Virus record (IMG/VR): IMGVR_UViG_3300042889_001305
Reading direction: 5' to 3' (one strand)
Source of the DNA: a virus
Taxonomy: Duplodnaviria; Heunggongvirae; Uroviricota; Caudoviricetes
DNA length: 64,000 nucleotides
Positions 17,137 to 26,103 of this stretch are shown piece after piece (the first letter of the stretch is position 1; each line of letters opens with the position of its first letter). The position numbers were made by a program, and so were the translations under genes. The notes under the pieces are model-generated. The model made no database searches and was not told where the DNA came from. It saw only the letters and a list, made by a program, of their open reading frames with translations.

Positions 17137-17307
17137 TTATTTGTTCTCTTCTACTGATAATTTTCTATAATCTGTAATAAGTTTTTTTAATTCTCCAATC
17201 GCTTTTCTTGCTCTTGATTTGGATGCTTTAGTTGCTCCGTTGTGTTCTGCTTCGAATTGAGTAAATAAATCCTTCATTTGTTCGAATAATTCAGTTGATG
17301 TTGCCAT
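17137..17307 (-). CDS. Small Lys/Arg-rich DNA-binding (histone H1/HU-like) protein, 56 aa
   Basis: Not in the ORF track because it is under 60 aa. The reverse complement translates to MATSTELFEQMKDLFTQFEAEHNGATKASKSRARKAIGELKKLITDYRKLSVEENK. The ATG is at 17305-17307 and the stop TAA at 17137-17139. Confidence 0.4.
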   Translation of the reverse strand: MATSTELFEQMKDLFTQFEAEHNGATKASKSRARKAIGELKKLITDYRKLSVEENK

Positions 17308-17460
17308 AAATTGTTTGTTTGTTAAATTGTTAAAAATTACTCCAACAAAATATCTTGTTGGTGAGTATAACTATTGTATATATGAAAAAAAGAAATGATT
17401 TTTTTTAATATTTTTTTTCTTTTTTATTATCCCATACTAACAAAAAGCTAACCCCTTTAT

Positions 17461-17505
17461 TATAATAGGGTTACCCCATATTTTCTACATACTTTTTATG
17501 CAGAA
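17461..17505. repeat. Direct repeat copy A (about 44 bp), just downstream of the DNA methyltransferase gene
   Basis: ttaccccatattttctacatactttttatgcagaagttgtttttt matches 18624-18667 with a single mismatch. Confidence 0.85.
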
Positions 17506-17513
17506 GTTGTTTT

Positions 17514-18620
17514 TTACTCAAAAAATTGATTTATTTTTTCTTTCACTTCCGGTTTCACTTCTACACGGTTTCCTTTTATTGGTTTGCTAACCGGTCTGTT
17601 TTTTTCATATTCAATTCTTGTTTTCGAAATTTCAAAGTATTCTTTTTCTCTTTCAATACCAATAAAATCAAAACCACCTCTAATTGCTGCTTTACCAGTA
17701 CTTCCACTTCCCATAAACGGGTCTAATATCGTTCCATCGTTTTTAGTAACCAAACGAATAAGGTATAGCATCAAATCCGTTGGTTTGACAGTCGGGTGTG
17801 TGTTATTACTTCCTTCGTTTCTATCACTCTTTGATGTTTTAGGACAGTAGAAAAATCTACTAGCACCACCAACATCTCCCAATCCACCTAAATTTGCAGC
17901 TTTAACATCTAATGCATAGTTTCCATATTTACCGTTTTTGCCCAATTCTCCCATTGATTTATCCCCACTACCTCCTGGTGATTTTGATACTCCACTTTGT
18001 TCATCCAATAACCTACCTGCTTCTTCATCAAAGATTACATTTGCTGGAAATCTGCCTATTGTATCTGCTATGTTAGCGTTACTACTATCATAACCATCAT
18101 CTAATCCTGTCAATGAGGGTCTACCATTTGCTTTTGATTTATAATCACCATTAAGTTCAATCCTGCAACCATCTATGTTTATCCCACCAGTTCCCCATTC
18201 TAAAACATTCTCTGCTACTGTGCTTTCACTCAAAGGTTTTCTTGCCATTACAATAGGTTCATGTGCCGGTTTAAGAGCAGTTCCCCAACCTTGCCATTCT
18301 TCTAACTTATGTCCTATGTTATGTGATTTAGGAAACCCTGAACCATATATCCACATAATCTGGTCTCTAATCTCAAACCCTGCATCTTCAATTCTTACAG
18401 CCATTCTGTGATAAGTTCTACTACCCGCGAATGAAAGGATATGACCTCCTGGTTTTAGAACACGAAGGCATTCTTCCCATATCTGCTGTGATGGAACATC
18501 ATAATCCCAGTGTTTGCCCATAAATGCAAGTCCATATGGCGGGTCAGTAACAATACTATCCACCGAATTATCATCTAATTCTTTAAGTTTATCTAAACAA
18601 TCTCCTAGTAATAATTTCAT
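17514..18620 (-). CDS. DNA methyltransferase (N6-adenine or N4-cytosine, DPPY type)
   Basis: SIVTDPPYGLAF (motif IV) near the N-terminus, and DPFMGSGSTGKAA (motif I) near the C-terminus. This is the beta-class order of the N6_N4_Mtase family. 368 aa. Confidence 0.85.
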   Translation of the reverse strand: MKLLLGDCLDKLKELDDNSVDSIVTDPPYGLAFMGKHWDYDVPSQQIWEECLRVLKPGGHILSFAGSRTYHRMAVRIEDAGFEIRDQIMWIYGSGFPKSHNIGHKLEEWQGWGTALKPAHEPIVMARKPLSESTVAENVLEWGTGGINIDGCRIELNGDYKSKANGRPSLTGLDDGYDSSNANIADTIGRFPANVIFDEEAGRLLDEQSGVSKSPGGSGDKSMGELGKNGKYGNYALDVKAANLGGLGDVGGASRFFYCPKTSKSDRNEGSNNTHPTVKPTDLMLYLIRLVTKNDGTILDPFMGSGSTGKAAIRGGFDFIGIEREKEYFEISKTRIEYEKNRPVSKPIKGNRVEVKPEVKEKINQFFE

Positions 18621-18623
18621 AAC

Positions 18624-18667
18624 TTATCCCATATTTTCTACATACTTTTTATGCAGAAGTTGTTTTT
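18624..18667. repeat. Direct repeat copy B, between the helicase stop and the methyltransferase start
   Basis: ttatcccatattttctacatactttttatgcagaagttgttttt. It overlaps the helicase stop codon (18624-18626) and ends 3 nt before the methyltransferase ATG. Confidence 0.85.
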
Positions 18668-19985
18668 GAACCATTTGTCCATTGTTAGATTCCTTTGAAG
18701 CAATGATTCCATCAGCGGAAGCTGCATCATATACTTCAATAAATCCTGTGTTTGTATCCATCTTACAAGGAAATGTAATTCCATCTGGTCCGAATCGGTT
18801 TTTCATAATGTGAGCCCTTGCAGTGTTATTCAATTTGTCTTTTGATTTTCTACTCCAACTCATAATGAAATCCGCATTCATAACCTTTGCATATGAATCT
18901 GCAATCTTATCTGCTTCAATTACATCTGAATCTATCGCAGAACGATTTGTTTGAGAAGCAGTCCATATTGGAATTCTCAATTCACCACCCATACCTCTAA
19001 GGTCAATGTAAACACCACCTTGTTCGGCATAAGTTGAATCCGTTTTATTTGAATGGGAAAGAAGTAAATCTGCGTAATCCACAATAATCAGGTCAGGTCG
19101 GTTTCCGGCTGCAATCATTTTTTCAATATGCATTTGCAACTTCTTAACACTTACCCCCTTCGGTGGATAATATTTAATAAGTAATTTTCCTTTTAATCCT
19201 TTGATTTTTGCTTTAACATCCTCTTTTCTATCTCTCAAATCTGCAGATGGGATATGAGTAAAGACTGTATCGTATCTTGCACCTACATAGTGTTCTGATA
19301 ACTCCATTGTATAATGAACTACACTTAATCCTGCTTTAACTGCCGATGCACCTAATGCGGTTAAAATCCATGTCTTACCAACACCAGATGGTGCAACTAC
19401 TACTCCTAATTCTCCTGGTCCTAATCCTCCATCCATTAAATCAGTAATGGGTTTCCAATCAGTTGGGACGGTATCTCTCTTTTCATCAGTTGAACGTGCA
19501 TCAAAATCTAAAACATAATCATGTCCTAAATCGTTTTCAACTCCAACCTTCATTGCCCTATCTACGAGGTCTTTGATTTTATCGTAACTTCCTGCCTTTA
19601 ATAAATCTACTGATTGTAGAATTACTTGTTTTAAGTTTTGATTTTTACAAAAGGATGTAAATTCCGTTTTAATGTAGGCTAAATCAGTTACGTTACCTAC
19701 TTGTGTGTAGATATGGCGTAATTGTTCTACAATCGTTGTTTGTAATCCTTTGTTATCTAATTTCGATAAACTTACTTTGAAAGCATCCATTGTGGGTGCT
19801 TGTCTATATTCAGTATGATAGTTAACAATTTCACTAACTATCCATTTGTTCGCATCCGATTCAAAAAATTTGGGTGTAACAATTTCTGATATTTGGTCTA
19901 AGAATTTATTATCGGTTAATAATGCAGATACAACTTTAGATTGGAAAGACTGTCCGTATTTCGATAAGTTGTCTATATCTTGCAT
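18624..19985 (-). CDS. Replicative DNA helicase (DnaB / T4 gp41-like)
   Basis: DnaB-like N-terminal domain. Walker A VVAPSGVGKTWILT. RecA-fold C-terminal region. 453 aa. Confidence 0.8.
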   Translation of the reverse strand: MQDIDNLSKYGQSFQSKVVSALLTDNKFLDQISEIVTPKFFESDANKWIVSEIVNYHTEYRQAPTMDAFKVSLSKLDNKGLQTTIVEQLRHIYTQVGNVTDLAYIKTEFTSFCKNQNLKQVILQSVDLLKAGSYDKIKDLVDRAMKVGVENDLGHDYVLDFDARSTDEKRDTVPTDWKPITDLMDGGLGPGELGVVVAPSGVGKTWILTALGASAVKAGLSVVHYTMELSEHYVGARYDTVFTHIPSADLRDRKEDVKAKIKGLKGKLLIKYYPPKGVSVKKLQMHIEKMIAAGNRPDLIIVDYADLLLSHSNKTDSTYAEQGGVYIDLRGMGGELRIPIWTASQTNRSAIDSDVIEADKIADSYAKVMNADFIMSWSRKSKDKLNNTARAHIMKNRFGPDGITFPCKMDTNTGFIEVYDAASADGIIASKESNNGQMVQKQLLHKKYVENMG

Positions 19986-20215
19986 TATTTATTTTTTTCC
20001 TTCTTTGTTTTTGTTTTAATTTCTTCAACTTGAGTTTCGACTTCTTCGGTAATCACTTCGGTCTTACTCTTTCCTTTGGATGATTTCCATTCGCTCTTTG
20101 GAACAAATTTCCAATGCCCACCTTTTACTCTCTCATCTGCCTCGATATCAGTCACTCTTTTAATTTCTCCTAACGTATAGGATTTTCCTTCCTTAATTGT
20201 TTTAATACACTTCAT
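19985..20215 (-). CDS. Hypothetical small protein with a Lys/Glu-rich tail
   Basis: 76 aa ORF with an ATG start, between the RNase H and helicase genes. Confidence 0.4.
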   Translation of the reverse strand: MKCIKTIKEGKSYTLGEIKRVTDIEADERVKGGHWKFVPKSEWKSSKGKSKTEVITEEVETQVEEIKTKTKKEKNK

Positions 20216-20237
20216 AGTTTTCCTCCATGTTTAATTG

Positions 20238-21281
20238 TTATTTTGTAATAATATTTCCAAATGTTGTTTTTAACCAATCATTGATATCACCAAAGTTGTT
20301 TACCGCTTTATACTTTAAACATACCTTCATAAAATCTAATTTATTTAATTGGTCGTTTGGTTCGTTAAATTTACTCAATATATTCATTTTTATAATACCT
20401 GATATATCGGGGTCATCTAATTGCATCAATTCTCTATTCATAAGAATCTGCTCTCTTGCAGAAAGGATATCATCGTATATCTTAATCTTACCTCTCTTTT
20501 CTTCACATAGGCGGAATAAGTCATCAACAGATAATTTAACATCCTCAGTCAGTTCTGGAAACCTCTTTACGAGGGTTTTTACACCACATCCATTAACTCC
20601 TGGTATGTTATCCGATTTATCACCATCCAATACCCTATATAAAAGTAGATTCTTTGATTCGATACCGAATTCTTCCTTAACAACGTTCCTATTATAGATT
20701 TTCTTTTTGGTGGGTGACCAAACGATGGTTTTTTCGTTAACCAATTGAAGGAAATCCTTATCAGTTGACATAACCACCGCTTGTTCATCCTCTTTAAGTA
20801 GTTGTGTAGTGATATAGGCCATAACATCATCTGCCTCTACACCATCATATATCATGTTGGTTACAGGTAGATAATTTAGCATTTCGTTCAACCAAACAAA
20901 TTGTCTTTTCATTGATTCGCGTTCATCCTCGATATTCATCATACCGGCATATTGACGATTCACTCTAAGTTTGTTTGGGTCTCTATCTGCCTTATAACCC
21001 GAAAATCTCTTTTTTCTACTTTGGGAGCCACCTTTACCATCGAAAACTACAATAACACGAGTCGGTTGAACCTGACGGATTGCGTAACCTATTGATTTTA
21101 AGACACCCGTTACACCACCTAAATGGTCGCCATCATCATTCATTGTGGGAATGGATGACCAGCAACGGATGAATGTATTTAATCCATCAATTATCAGAAC
21201 TCTAGAATTTCTAGTTTTAATAGAATTGCTAGTGTGTTCTTTTTCTACCGATTCTAAAATGTTTTTGTATATTGCTTTCAA
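20238..21281 (-). CDS. 5'-3' exonuclease / flap endonuclease (T4 RNase H-like)
   Basis: VLIIDGLNTFIR. Acidic clusters VVFDGKGG and EADDVMA are typical of FEN/53EXO metal sites. 347 aa. The apparent start is TTG. Confidence 0.8.
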   Translation of the reverse strand: MKAIYKNILESVEKEHTSNSIKTRNSRVLIIDGLNTFIRCWSSIPTMNDDGDHLGGVTGVLKSIGYAIRQVQPTRVIVVFDGKGGSQSRKKRFSGYKADRDPNKLRVNRQYAGMMNIEDERESMKRQFVWLNEMLNYLPVTNMIYDGVEADDVMAYITTQLLKEDEQAVVMSTDKDFLQLVNEKTIVWSPTKKKIYNRNVVKEEFGIESKNLLLYRVLDGDKSDNIPGVNGCGVKTLVKRFPELTEDVKLSVDDLFRLCEEKRGKIKIYDDILSAREQILMNRELMQLDDPDISGIIKMNILSKFNEPNDQLNKLDFMKVCLKYKAVNNFGDINDWLKTTFGNIITK

Positions 21282-21296
21282 TGTGTTGTTTTTAAA

Positions 21297-22418
21297 TTAA
21301 TCATCCATTCCTGCACCTGATTCATCGATTTCCATATTTTCGATATCTAATGTATCTGATTTGTATTGTAATATCGTAGATTCACAAATCTTTTTATATA
21401 TTTGTTCTCTAACGTCAACCCTACTTTCCATCAAAGTAATGAAATCTTTAGATTGGAATTTAATAACTTCGCCACTTTCAGTATCAGTATATTCATACCA
21501 AGCACCTGCTTGTTTAACGATTTTATTATCTTTCATTACAACTAACCACGAACCATAGTTATCGATTCCTCTATCAAAGAAGATATCAAAATCGGCACAT
21601 CTTAATGGTGGGCCCATTCTATTCTTAACGACTTGAGCTCTTACTTTCATACCAACGATTTTATCGTTACCATTTACCTTCATCTTAATCTGTCCCATTC
21701 CTTTCAAACGTAATCTAACCGAAGCATGGAATGCTAAGGCTTTACCACCGGATGTAGTCCACGGGTCACCGAACGGCATTGCGTTCATTTTCTGACGAAG
21801 TTGGTTTGTATATACTAATAAGATTTTTTGTCTACCAATCATATTGGTAATCTTTCTCATCGCCTTTGAGATGATGATTGCTTTGTCAGTTGCATAGCCA
21901 TCTTTACCATAATCAGAAGCCAACTCCGTTTTAGTGGATGCTGCTGCTACTGAATCGGTTACAATTACTACTAACCTGTCTTTGTCTGTCTGTCTAACTT
22001 TCTCAATAATAGTTTCAGTAAAATCAAAAATTTGTTCAACTGAGTCTGCTGATACATAAAGTAATTTCTTTACATCCACACCGATTGCTTCAAGAAATTC
22101 TCTACTCACTGCAGTTTCAGTATCTATTAACACTGCAACACCACCTTGCTTTTGTGTTTCAGCAAGGATGTGTGCAGATACTAATGATTTTCCACTTTGT
22201 TCTAATCCTGTTATCTCAACAATTCTACCAACAGGCAATCCACCATAAGGACGATTTGAAATCGCAACATCTAATGTAGCACATCCGGTTGATACCCAAC
22301 CCTCTACGTTTGTAGGAGTCGCATCATCATCTAAGAAGAATGCTACTTTTTGGTCTTTAGATTGTTTATTTAGCTCACTCGCTAGAATATCGGCTAAATC
22401 CAATTCCTGTTTTGCCAT
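21297..22418 (-). CDS. RecA/UvsX-family recombinase
   Basis: Walker A GLEQSGKS within VGRIVEITGLEQSGKSLVSAHILAE. 373 aa. Lies beside the SSB gene. Confidence 0.85.
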   Translation of the reverse strand: MAKQELDLADILASELNKQSKDQKVAFFLDDDATPTNVEGWVSTGCATLDVAISNRPYGGLPVGRIVEITGLEQSGKSLVSAHILAETQKQGGVAVLIDTETAVSREFLEAIGVDVKKLLYVSADSVEQIFDFTETIIEKVRQTDKDRLVVIVTDSVAAASTKTELASDYGKDGYATDKAIIISKAMRKITNMIGRQKILLVYTNQLRQKMNAMPFGDPWTTSGGKALAFHASVRLRLKGMGQIKMKVNGNDKIVGMKVRAQVVKNRMGPPLRCADFDIFFDRGIDNYGSWLVVMKDNKIVKQAGAWYEYTDTESGEVIKFQSKDFITLMESRVDVREQIYKKICESTILQYKSDTLDIENMEIDESGAGMDD

Positions 22419-22430
22419 AAAATTTGGTTA

Positions 22431-23267
22431 TTAATTGTTAAATAAATCATCGAATGCTGCAGCTACATCATCAGTCTTTTTAGAAACTGGTGGTTGTGAT
22501 GGAGTTTCGATTGAACCGCCTAAATCATGTGATACACTTGGTGTAGCCTTAGATGTAGTGTTGGTTGAAAGGGTTTCCTCTACTACTGAAGTTGTATCAT
22601 CATCTTCCGATGTTGCAGATGGATTTAACCATCCTTCTAATACATTCTTTAATTCAGCGTAAGAAAGTTCGGAATACAATTCAGTAATCTCAGTTTGATT
22701 ATCTAAGAATTTCTGAAGGTCTCCACCTTCTGCCAATGGTGTTTGATTTGGTTTAACACGCAGTGTAGTCGTAGGATACGATGTACCTGCATCTTCCGCA
22801 GAAATGTAATCAACTGTTAAATCTCTACCGGCATTTGGGTCAGTAATATCTCCGTAATCGGGGTCAGCAATGTAACCCAAAATTTCTTGATAAACTGTCT
22901 TGCCAAATCCCCAAAATTTAACTCCTTCACTTTCTTGACCGCGAACAATAACAGGAACGAAGGTTCTCAACTTAGGCTCCATTGCCTTTGCTGCTTTCCA
23001 ATCTTCCTTATCACCCATTCTTTTAAGTTTGTCTGCAAACTCAACAATAGGGTCAGGTCTACCAAATGAAATTGGAGATAGATAAGTTTTGTTATTTACG
23101 TTGTAGTGAAAATAAAGTTCGATAAAAGGATTATCTTTGTTGAACTTGTAAGGGACGATACGGACTTGGGATTTGCCAGGTGTTGGTTTCCACAATGCAT
23201 CCGTTTTCTTTTGTGTGTTTTGTAGTTTGTTTAGTCTACCTCTAATTGCGTTAATGTCTAATGCCAT
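22431..23267 (-). CDS. Single-stranded DNA-binding protein (gp32-like), putative
   Basis: The N-terminal block KPTPGKSQVRIVPYKFNKDNPFIELYFHY resembles the gp32 core. The acidic C-terminal tail DDVAAAFDDLFNN is typical of SSBs. It sits upstream of uvsX. Confidence 0.55.
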   Translation of the reverse strand: MALDINAIRGRLNKLQNTQKKTDALWKPTPGKSQVRIVPYKFNKDNPFIELYFHYNVNNKTYLSPISFGRPDPIVEFADKLKRMGDKEDWKAAKAMEPKLRTFVPVIVRGQESEGVKFWGFGKTVYQEILGYIADPDYGDITDPNAGRDLTVDYISAEDAGTSYPTTTLRVKPNQTPLAEGGDLQKFLDNQTEITELYSELSYAELKNVLEGWLNPSATSEDDDTTSVVEETLSTNTTSKATPSVSHDLGGSIETPSQPPVSKKTDDVAAAFDDLFNN

Positions 23268-23352
23268 TTTTTCTCCGTTTAAGTGTTTAAAATTAAGTTG
23301 TTTTATGGTTTTATTTACGAGTCTTTCCTACTCGCGGTGTGTGTATATAAAT

Positions 23353-23375
23353 ATACGAATTTCCGATTTTCGTAT
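23353..23375. promoter_or_regulatory. Inverted repeat ATACGAA-N9-TTCGTAT upstream of the SSB gene, with the TATATAAATATA motif adjacent (23344-23355)
   Basis: atacgaatttccgattttcgtat. The same TACGAA/TTCGTA half-sites lie inside the promoter spacers at 25587-25618 and 13832-13863. Confidence 0.45.
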
Positions 23376-23394
23376 ATAATTAATCAAAGAATTT

Positions 23395-25017
23395 TTATAA
23401 TTTATTCAACGATTCAATTGCAAATTCAACGTTATTAACATATGTTTGTCTGAATTCTTGTATAGCTAATTCCCACATTTCATTATTAGCCGGAATATCT
23501 ACAAAGAATGAATTAGCTTCAATTGCATTTATCTTTTCTTCATCCGATAATGTTTGATAGTATTCAGAAAAATCATAATTATATTGCTCTTTCAACGATT
23601 TCTGATTAAGTACATTTATTCGAACCAACCGACCTATTAATTGTCTTGCGAATTCAGTAAGTGATAGCCCGTCACCATCATCTTTATCAGTTCTCTTTAA
23701 AACCATTACTCCACTCATAGTAGGAATATTCATTCCCATAGTTCCTTTATGAACGACAAGAATTACGGATAAAGGGTCTTCGTTATTATTTAATTTTCGT
23801 TTTAATGAAGTTTCATTTTCTTGTTCAATACTTCCATCGGGAGAGTAAGATTCATTTCTACCACTTGTCATAACACATGTTTTAAAATCACCTTCCATTC
23901 CCAAATCTAAATAAATTTGATTTACCCTTTCCAATACGGAATCTACTTCATATGGATTATCATATCCACTAATAGCACATGATAACAAAAGTGTTTTCTT
24001 AACTCCTGTAATTAATTTTGAGTTTTCAATTTCAATAATTCTTTCTTTTACTTTATCAAATGTTTCTTCTACCTTTTCTAAATTCAAATATCCATGTTCT
24101 TTAATCCATGCCTGTTTTGGTAGTAAAAGTTGCACAGGACAACTTTTATTTATAATTTGAAAAGTAGTTTTTGAATTATTGATTGCTACTTTTCCAGTTT
24201 GTTCACCATTTGGTGTTGCGGTTAAACCAAATACATATGGATTGTAACGTGTAATTTCAGATAATAAATTATAGAGGCATGCAGAATAACCATCGGTATT
24301 CCAACCTACTACCTTTTTATAAACTTCTGGATTAGTACATAACCACGTGTGGGCCTCATCGATAATTATCGCATGTTTTACGTTACTTTTCTTACAATAT
24401 TTTATAAGATTCTTTCCATTCTTACTTACCAATCCTTTGTGAGTTGAAATATGGATTACACGATGACCATCTTCTAAAAGTTCAAGTGTACGTTGAGGGT
24501 TATCTGAAAAAAACCATTTATTTGTTTGTGCACATAATAAAAAATCAATTTCATCTAAAATACCACATTGTGGTGCCGATACTATCACTAATTGAAGATT
24601 ATGTTTTGGTTTTGACCATTCTGGTATCATATATTTAGTAATCGTAAATGTTTTACCTTGACCAGTTTTACCAACAATAATACCAATATTATTTGTTATT
24701 TTTGGAAATAGAGGTGAATTACAATATGCAATCCAATCTTTCCATATAAAATCGATAGGGTCTATCCAACTACTACCTTCTACTTTTTTTAAGTTTCTAC
24801 CCGGTGTCTGCCAATCTTGATATAAATTTGTCTTGTATTGTGCACAATTACCACATAATGTTAAAAGATTATCTGATAAATTATTATTAGGATTACCATC
24901 CCAGTGTTCAATTGTTAAAATACCTTTTGAATTGTTATCAATTGGTAAGGTATAGGTACATTCATAACCTAATATAGCGTTACAATTTTCACAATATTCT
25001 TTTTTACTATACTTCAT
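23395..25017 (-). CDS. HNH endonuclease domain fused to an SF2 (DEAH) helicase/ATPase
   Basis: The N-terminus has CENC...EHWDGNPNNNLSDNLLTLCGNCAQ (His-Me finger with Zn-binding cysteine pairs). Walker A VGKTGQGKTFT and Walker B IIIDEAHTW follow. 540 aa. Confidence 0.7.
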   Translation of the reverse strand: MKYSKKEYCENCNAILGYECTYTLPIDNNSKGILTIEHWDGNPNNNLSDNLLTLCGNCAQYKTNLYQDWQTPGRNLKKVEGSSWIDPIDFIWKDWIAYCNSPLFPKITNNIGIIVGKTGQGKTFTITKYMIPEWSKPKHNLQLVIVSAPQCGILDEIDFLLCAQTNKWFFSDNPQRTLELLEDGHRVIHISTHKGLVSKNGKNLIKYCKKSNVKHAIIIDEAHTWLCTNPEVYKKVVGWNTDGYSACLYNLLSEITRYNPYVFGLTATPNGEQTGKVAINNSKTTFQIINKSCPVQLLLPKQAWIKEHGYLNLEKVEETFDKVKERIIEIENSKLITGVKKTLLLSCAISGYDNPYEVDSVLERVNQIYLDLGMEGDFKTCVMTSGRNESYSPDGSIEQENETSLKRKLNNNEDPLSVILVVHKGTMGMNIPTMSGVMVLKRTDKDDGDGLSLTEFARQLIGRLVRINVLNQKSLKEQYNYDFSEYYQTLSDEEKINAIEANSFFVDIPANNEMWELAIQEFRQTYVNNVEFAIESLNKL

Positions 25018-25045
25018 ATTTTAAGTTTTATGTTTTATTATTAAG

Positions 25046-25077
25046 CTAAGATACGATTATTATCTGATATATCCAAA
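25046..25077 (-). promoter_or_regulatory. Host-type promoter (TTTG-N20-TATCTTAG) for the HNH-helicase gene
   Basis: The reverse complement reads TTTGGATATATCAGATAATAATCGTATCTTAG, which has one mismatch to the -7 consensus TAnnTTTG. Confidence 0.45.
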
Positions 25078-25088
25078 TATTCTATCGT

Positions 25089-25559
25089 TTATTTTGCCCA
25101 TTTACCATTAGAAACTATTTGTGCAATAATTCCATATACTGATAGGTCTTGAAAGGTATCTTCTATTGATTCCCCAACTGAATCCTCTTTACTTAGGACT
25201 ACCAATTGTTTTAATCTTTGGATTTTATCGTTCATTCTAAACCATAATCCCGTTAGTGATAATTTCTTATCCTCAGCAGTTTCTAATTTAGTACCAACCG
25301 AAATATTGTTTGGGCCGTAGTTTGATTGTTTTAGACAAAACAATTCGTATTGAGTAAACATAAGTCGTTTAAACTCATCCGTCATTTCTGGATATTCTTT
25401 TTCGACCTGTTCTATGATTTTGGGATTATCATATTTGATAAATGCAACCTCATCATCTTTAGTCTCCAATTTAGGAGCGATGTTCATTTGAAGTTGATTC
25501 TTCACCTGTTGGCCTATAATCTTAGGGCCACTTGATTGTGGGGGTGTGTTTTTTGCCAT
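25089..25559 (-). CDS. Hypothetical protein (156 aa)
   Basis: ATG start. A host-type promoter lies 28 nt upstream. Confidence 0.45.
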   Translation of the reverse strand: MAKNTPPQSSGPKIIGQQVKNQLQMNIAPKLETKDDEVAFIKYDNPKIIEQVEKEYPEMTDEFKRLMFTQYELFCLKQSNYGPNNISVGTKLETAEDKKLSLTGLWFRMNDKIQRLKQLVVLSKEDSVGESIEDTFQDLSVYGIIAQIVSNGKWAK

Positions 25560-25586
25560 TATAACCTTTATTTATTTTTATTAATT

Positions 25587-25618
25587 CAAAGATACGAATA
25601 ATATTTCGTATTACCAAA
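25587..25618 (-). promoter_or_regulatory. Host-type promoter (TTTG-N20-TATCTTTG) with an embedded palindrome TACGAA-N6-TTCGTA
   Basis: The reverse complement reads TTTGGTAATACGAAATATTATTCGTATCTTTG. Confidence 0.6.
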
Positions 25619-25619
25619 T

Positions 25620-26030
25620 TTATTGAGGAGTATTTTCAGAAGTTTCTATCACTTCAAAAATTCTTGTACTAAGTTTCTTAGTTCCTTCGGTATTTGTCAC
25701 TATAATAGTGTTTCTAAATTTTTCCCAATCTATCTCAAAACTCTTATCTAATTTACCACCATTTTCCTCTTTAACTAATTCATTTAGGGCGTTGATTGTA
25801 TATAAGGTATTAGATTGTTTTTTTCTATGTACTAAAATAGTATCTTTTAGTGGAGTAGATGGTTTATATTGAGTATCTATATTGTATGTAATATATAATT
25901 CATCTAAGTTAGATTTATTCTGAAGCACGTATATGTAATTATAAACAATTGTATATGTTTGTCTAATTTTTTCTAGTATGGTTTGTAACTCATCTCTTTT
26001 TGTAAAGGTACACAATAATTGTGTTTGCAT
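25620..26030 (-). CDS. Hypothetical protein (136 aa)
   Basis: ATG start preceded by AGGAGAGA. Confidence 0.45.
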   Translation of the reverse strand: MQTQLLCTFTKRDELQTILEKIRQTYTIVYNYIYVLQNKSNLDELYITYNIDTQYKPSTPLKDTILVHRKKQSNTLYTINALNELVKEENGGKLDKSFEIDWEKFRNTIIVTNTEGTKKLSTRIFEVIETSENTPQ

Positions 26031-26103
26031 CGATTCTCTCCTATTTTTTTATACTCTCTACAATAAGTATAAAAAACGAAATCGAAAGACTTATTTACTG
26101 ATA

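Noticed and set aside
17308-17513. tRNA or small RNA gene in the longest intergenic gap. I also checked 28348-28464, 31400-31528 and 60184-60341.
   Set aside because: I found no cloverleaf-compatible stems or GTTC/TPsiC-like arms. The gaps are AT-rich with only weak hairpins (aaccc-N14-gggtt).
17461-18667. Transposon or insertion sequence carrying the methyltransferase gene.
   Set aside because: The flanking repeats are direct, not inverted. There is no transposase, integrase or target-site duplication pattern. I report it as a repeat-bracketed cassette only.
26031-26103. Terminator-like hairpin tttttatact-N10-agtataaaaa upstream of the 136 aa gene.
   Set aside because: The stem is almost entirely A/T, and on the transcribed (minus) strand it is followed by an A-run rather than a U-run. 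It is not a convincing intrinsic terminator.
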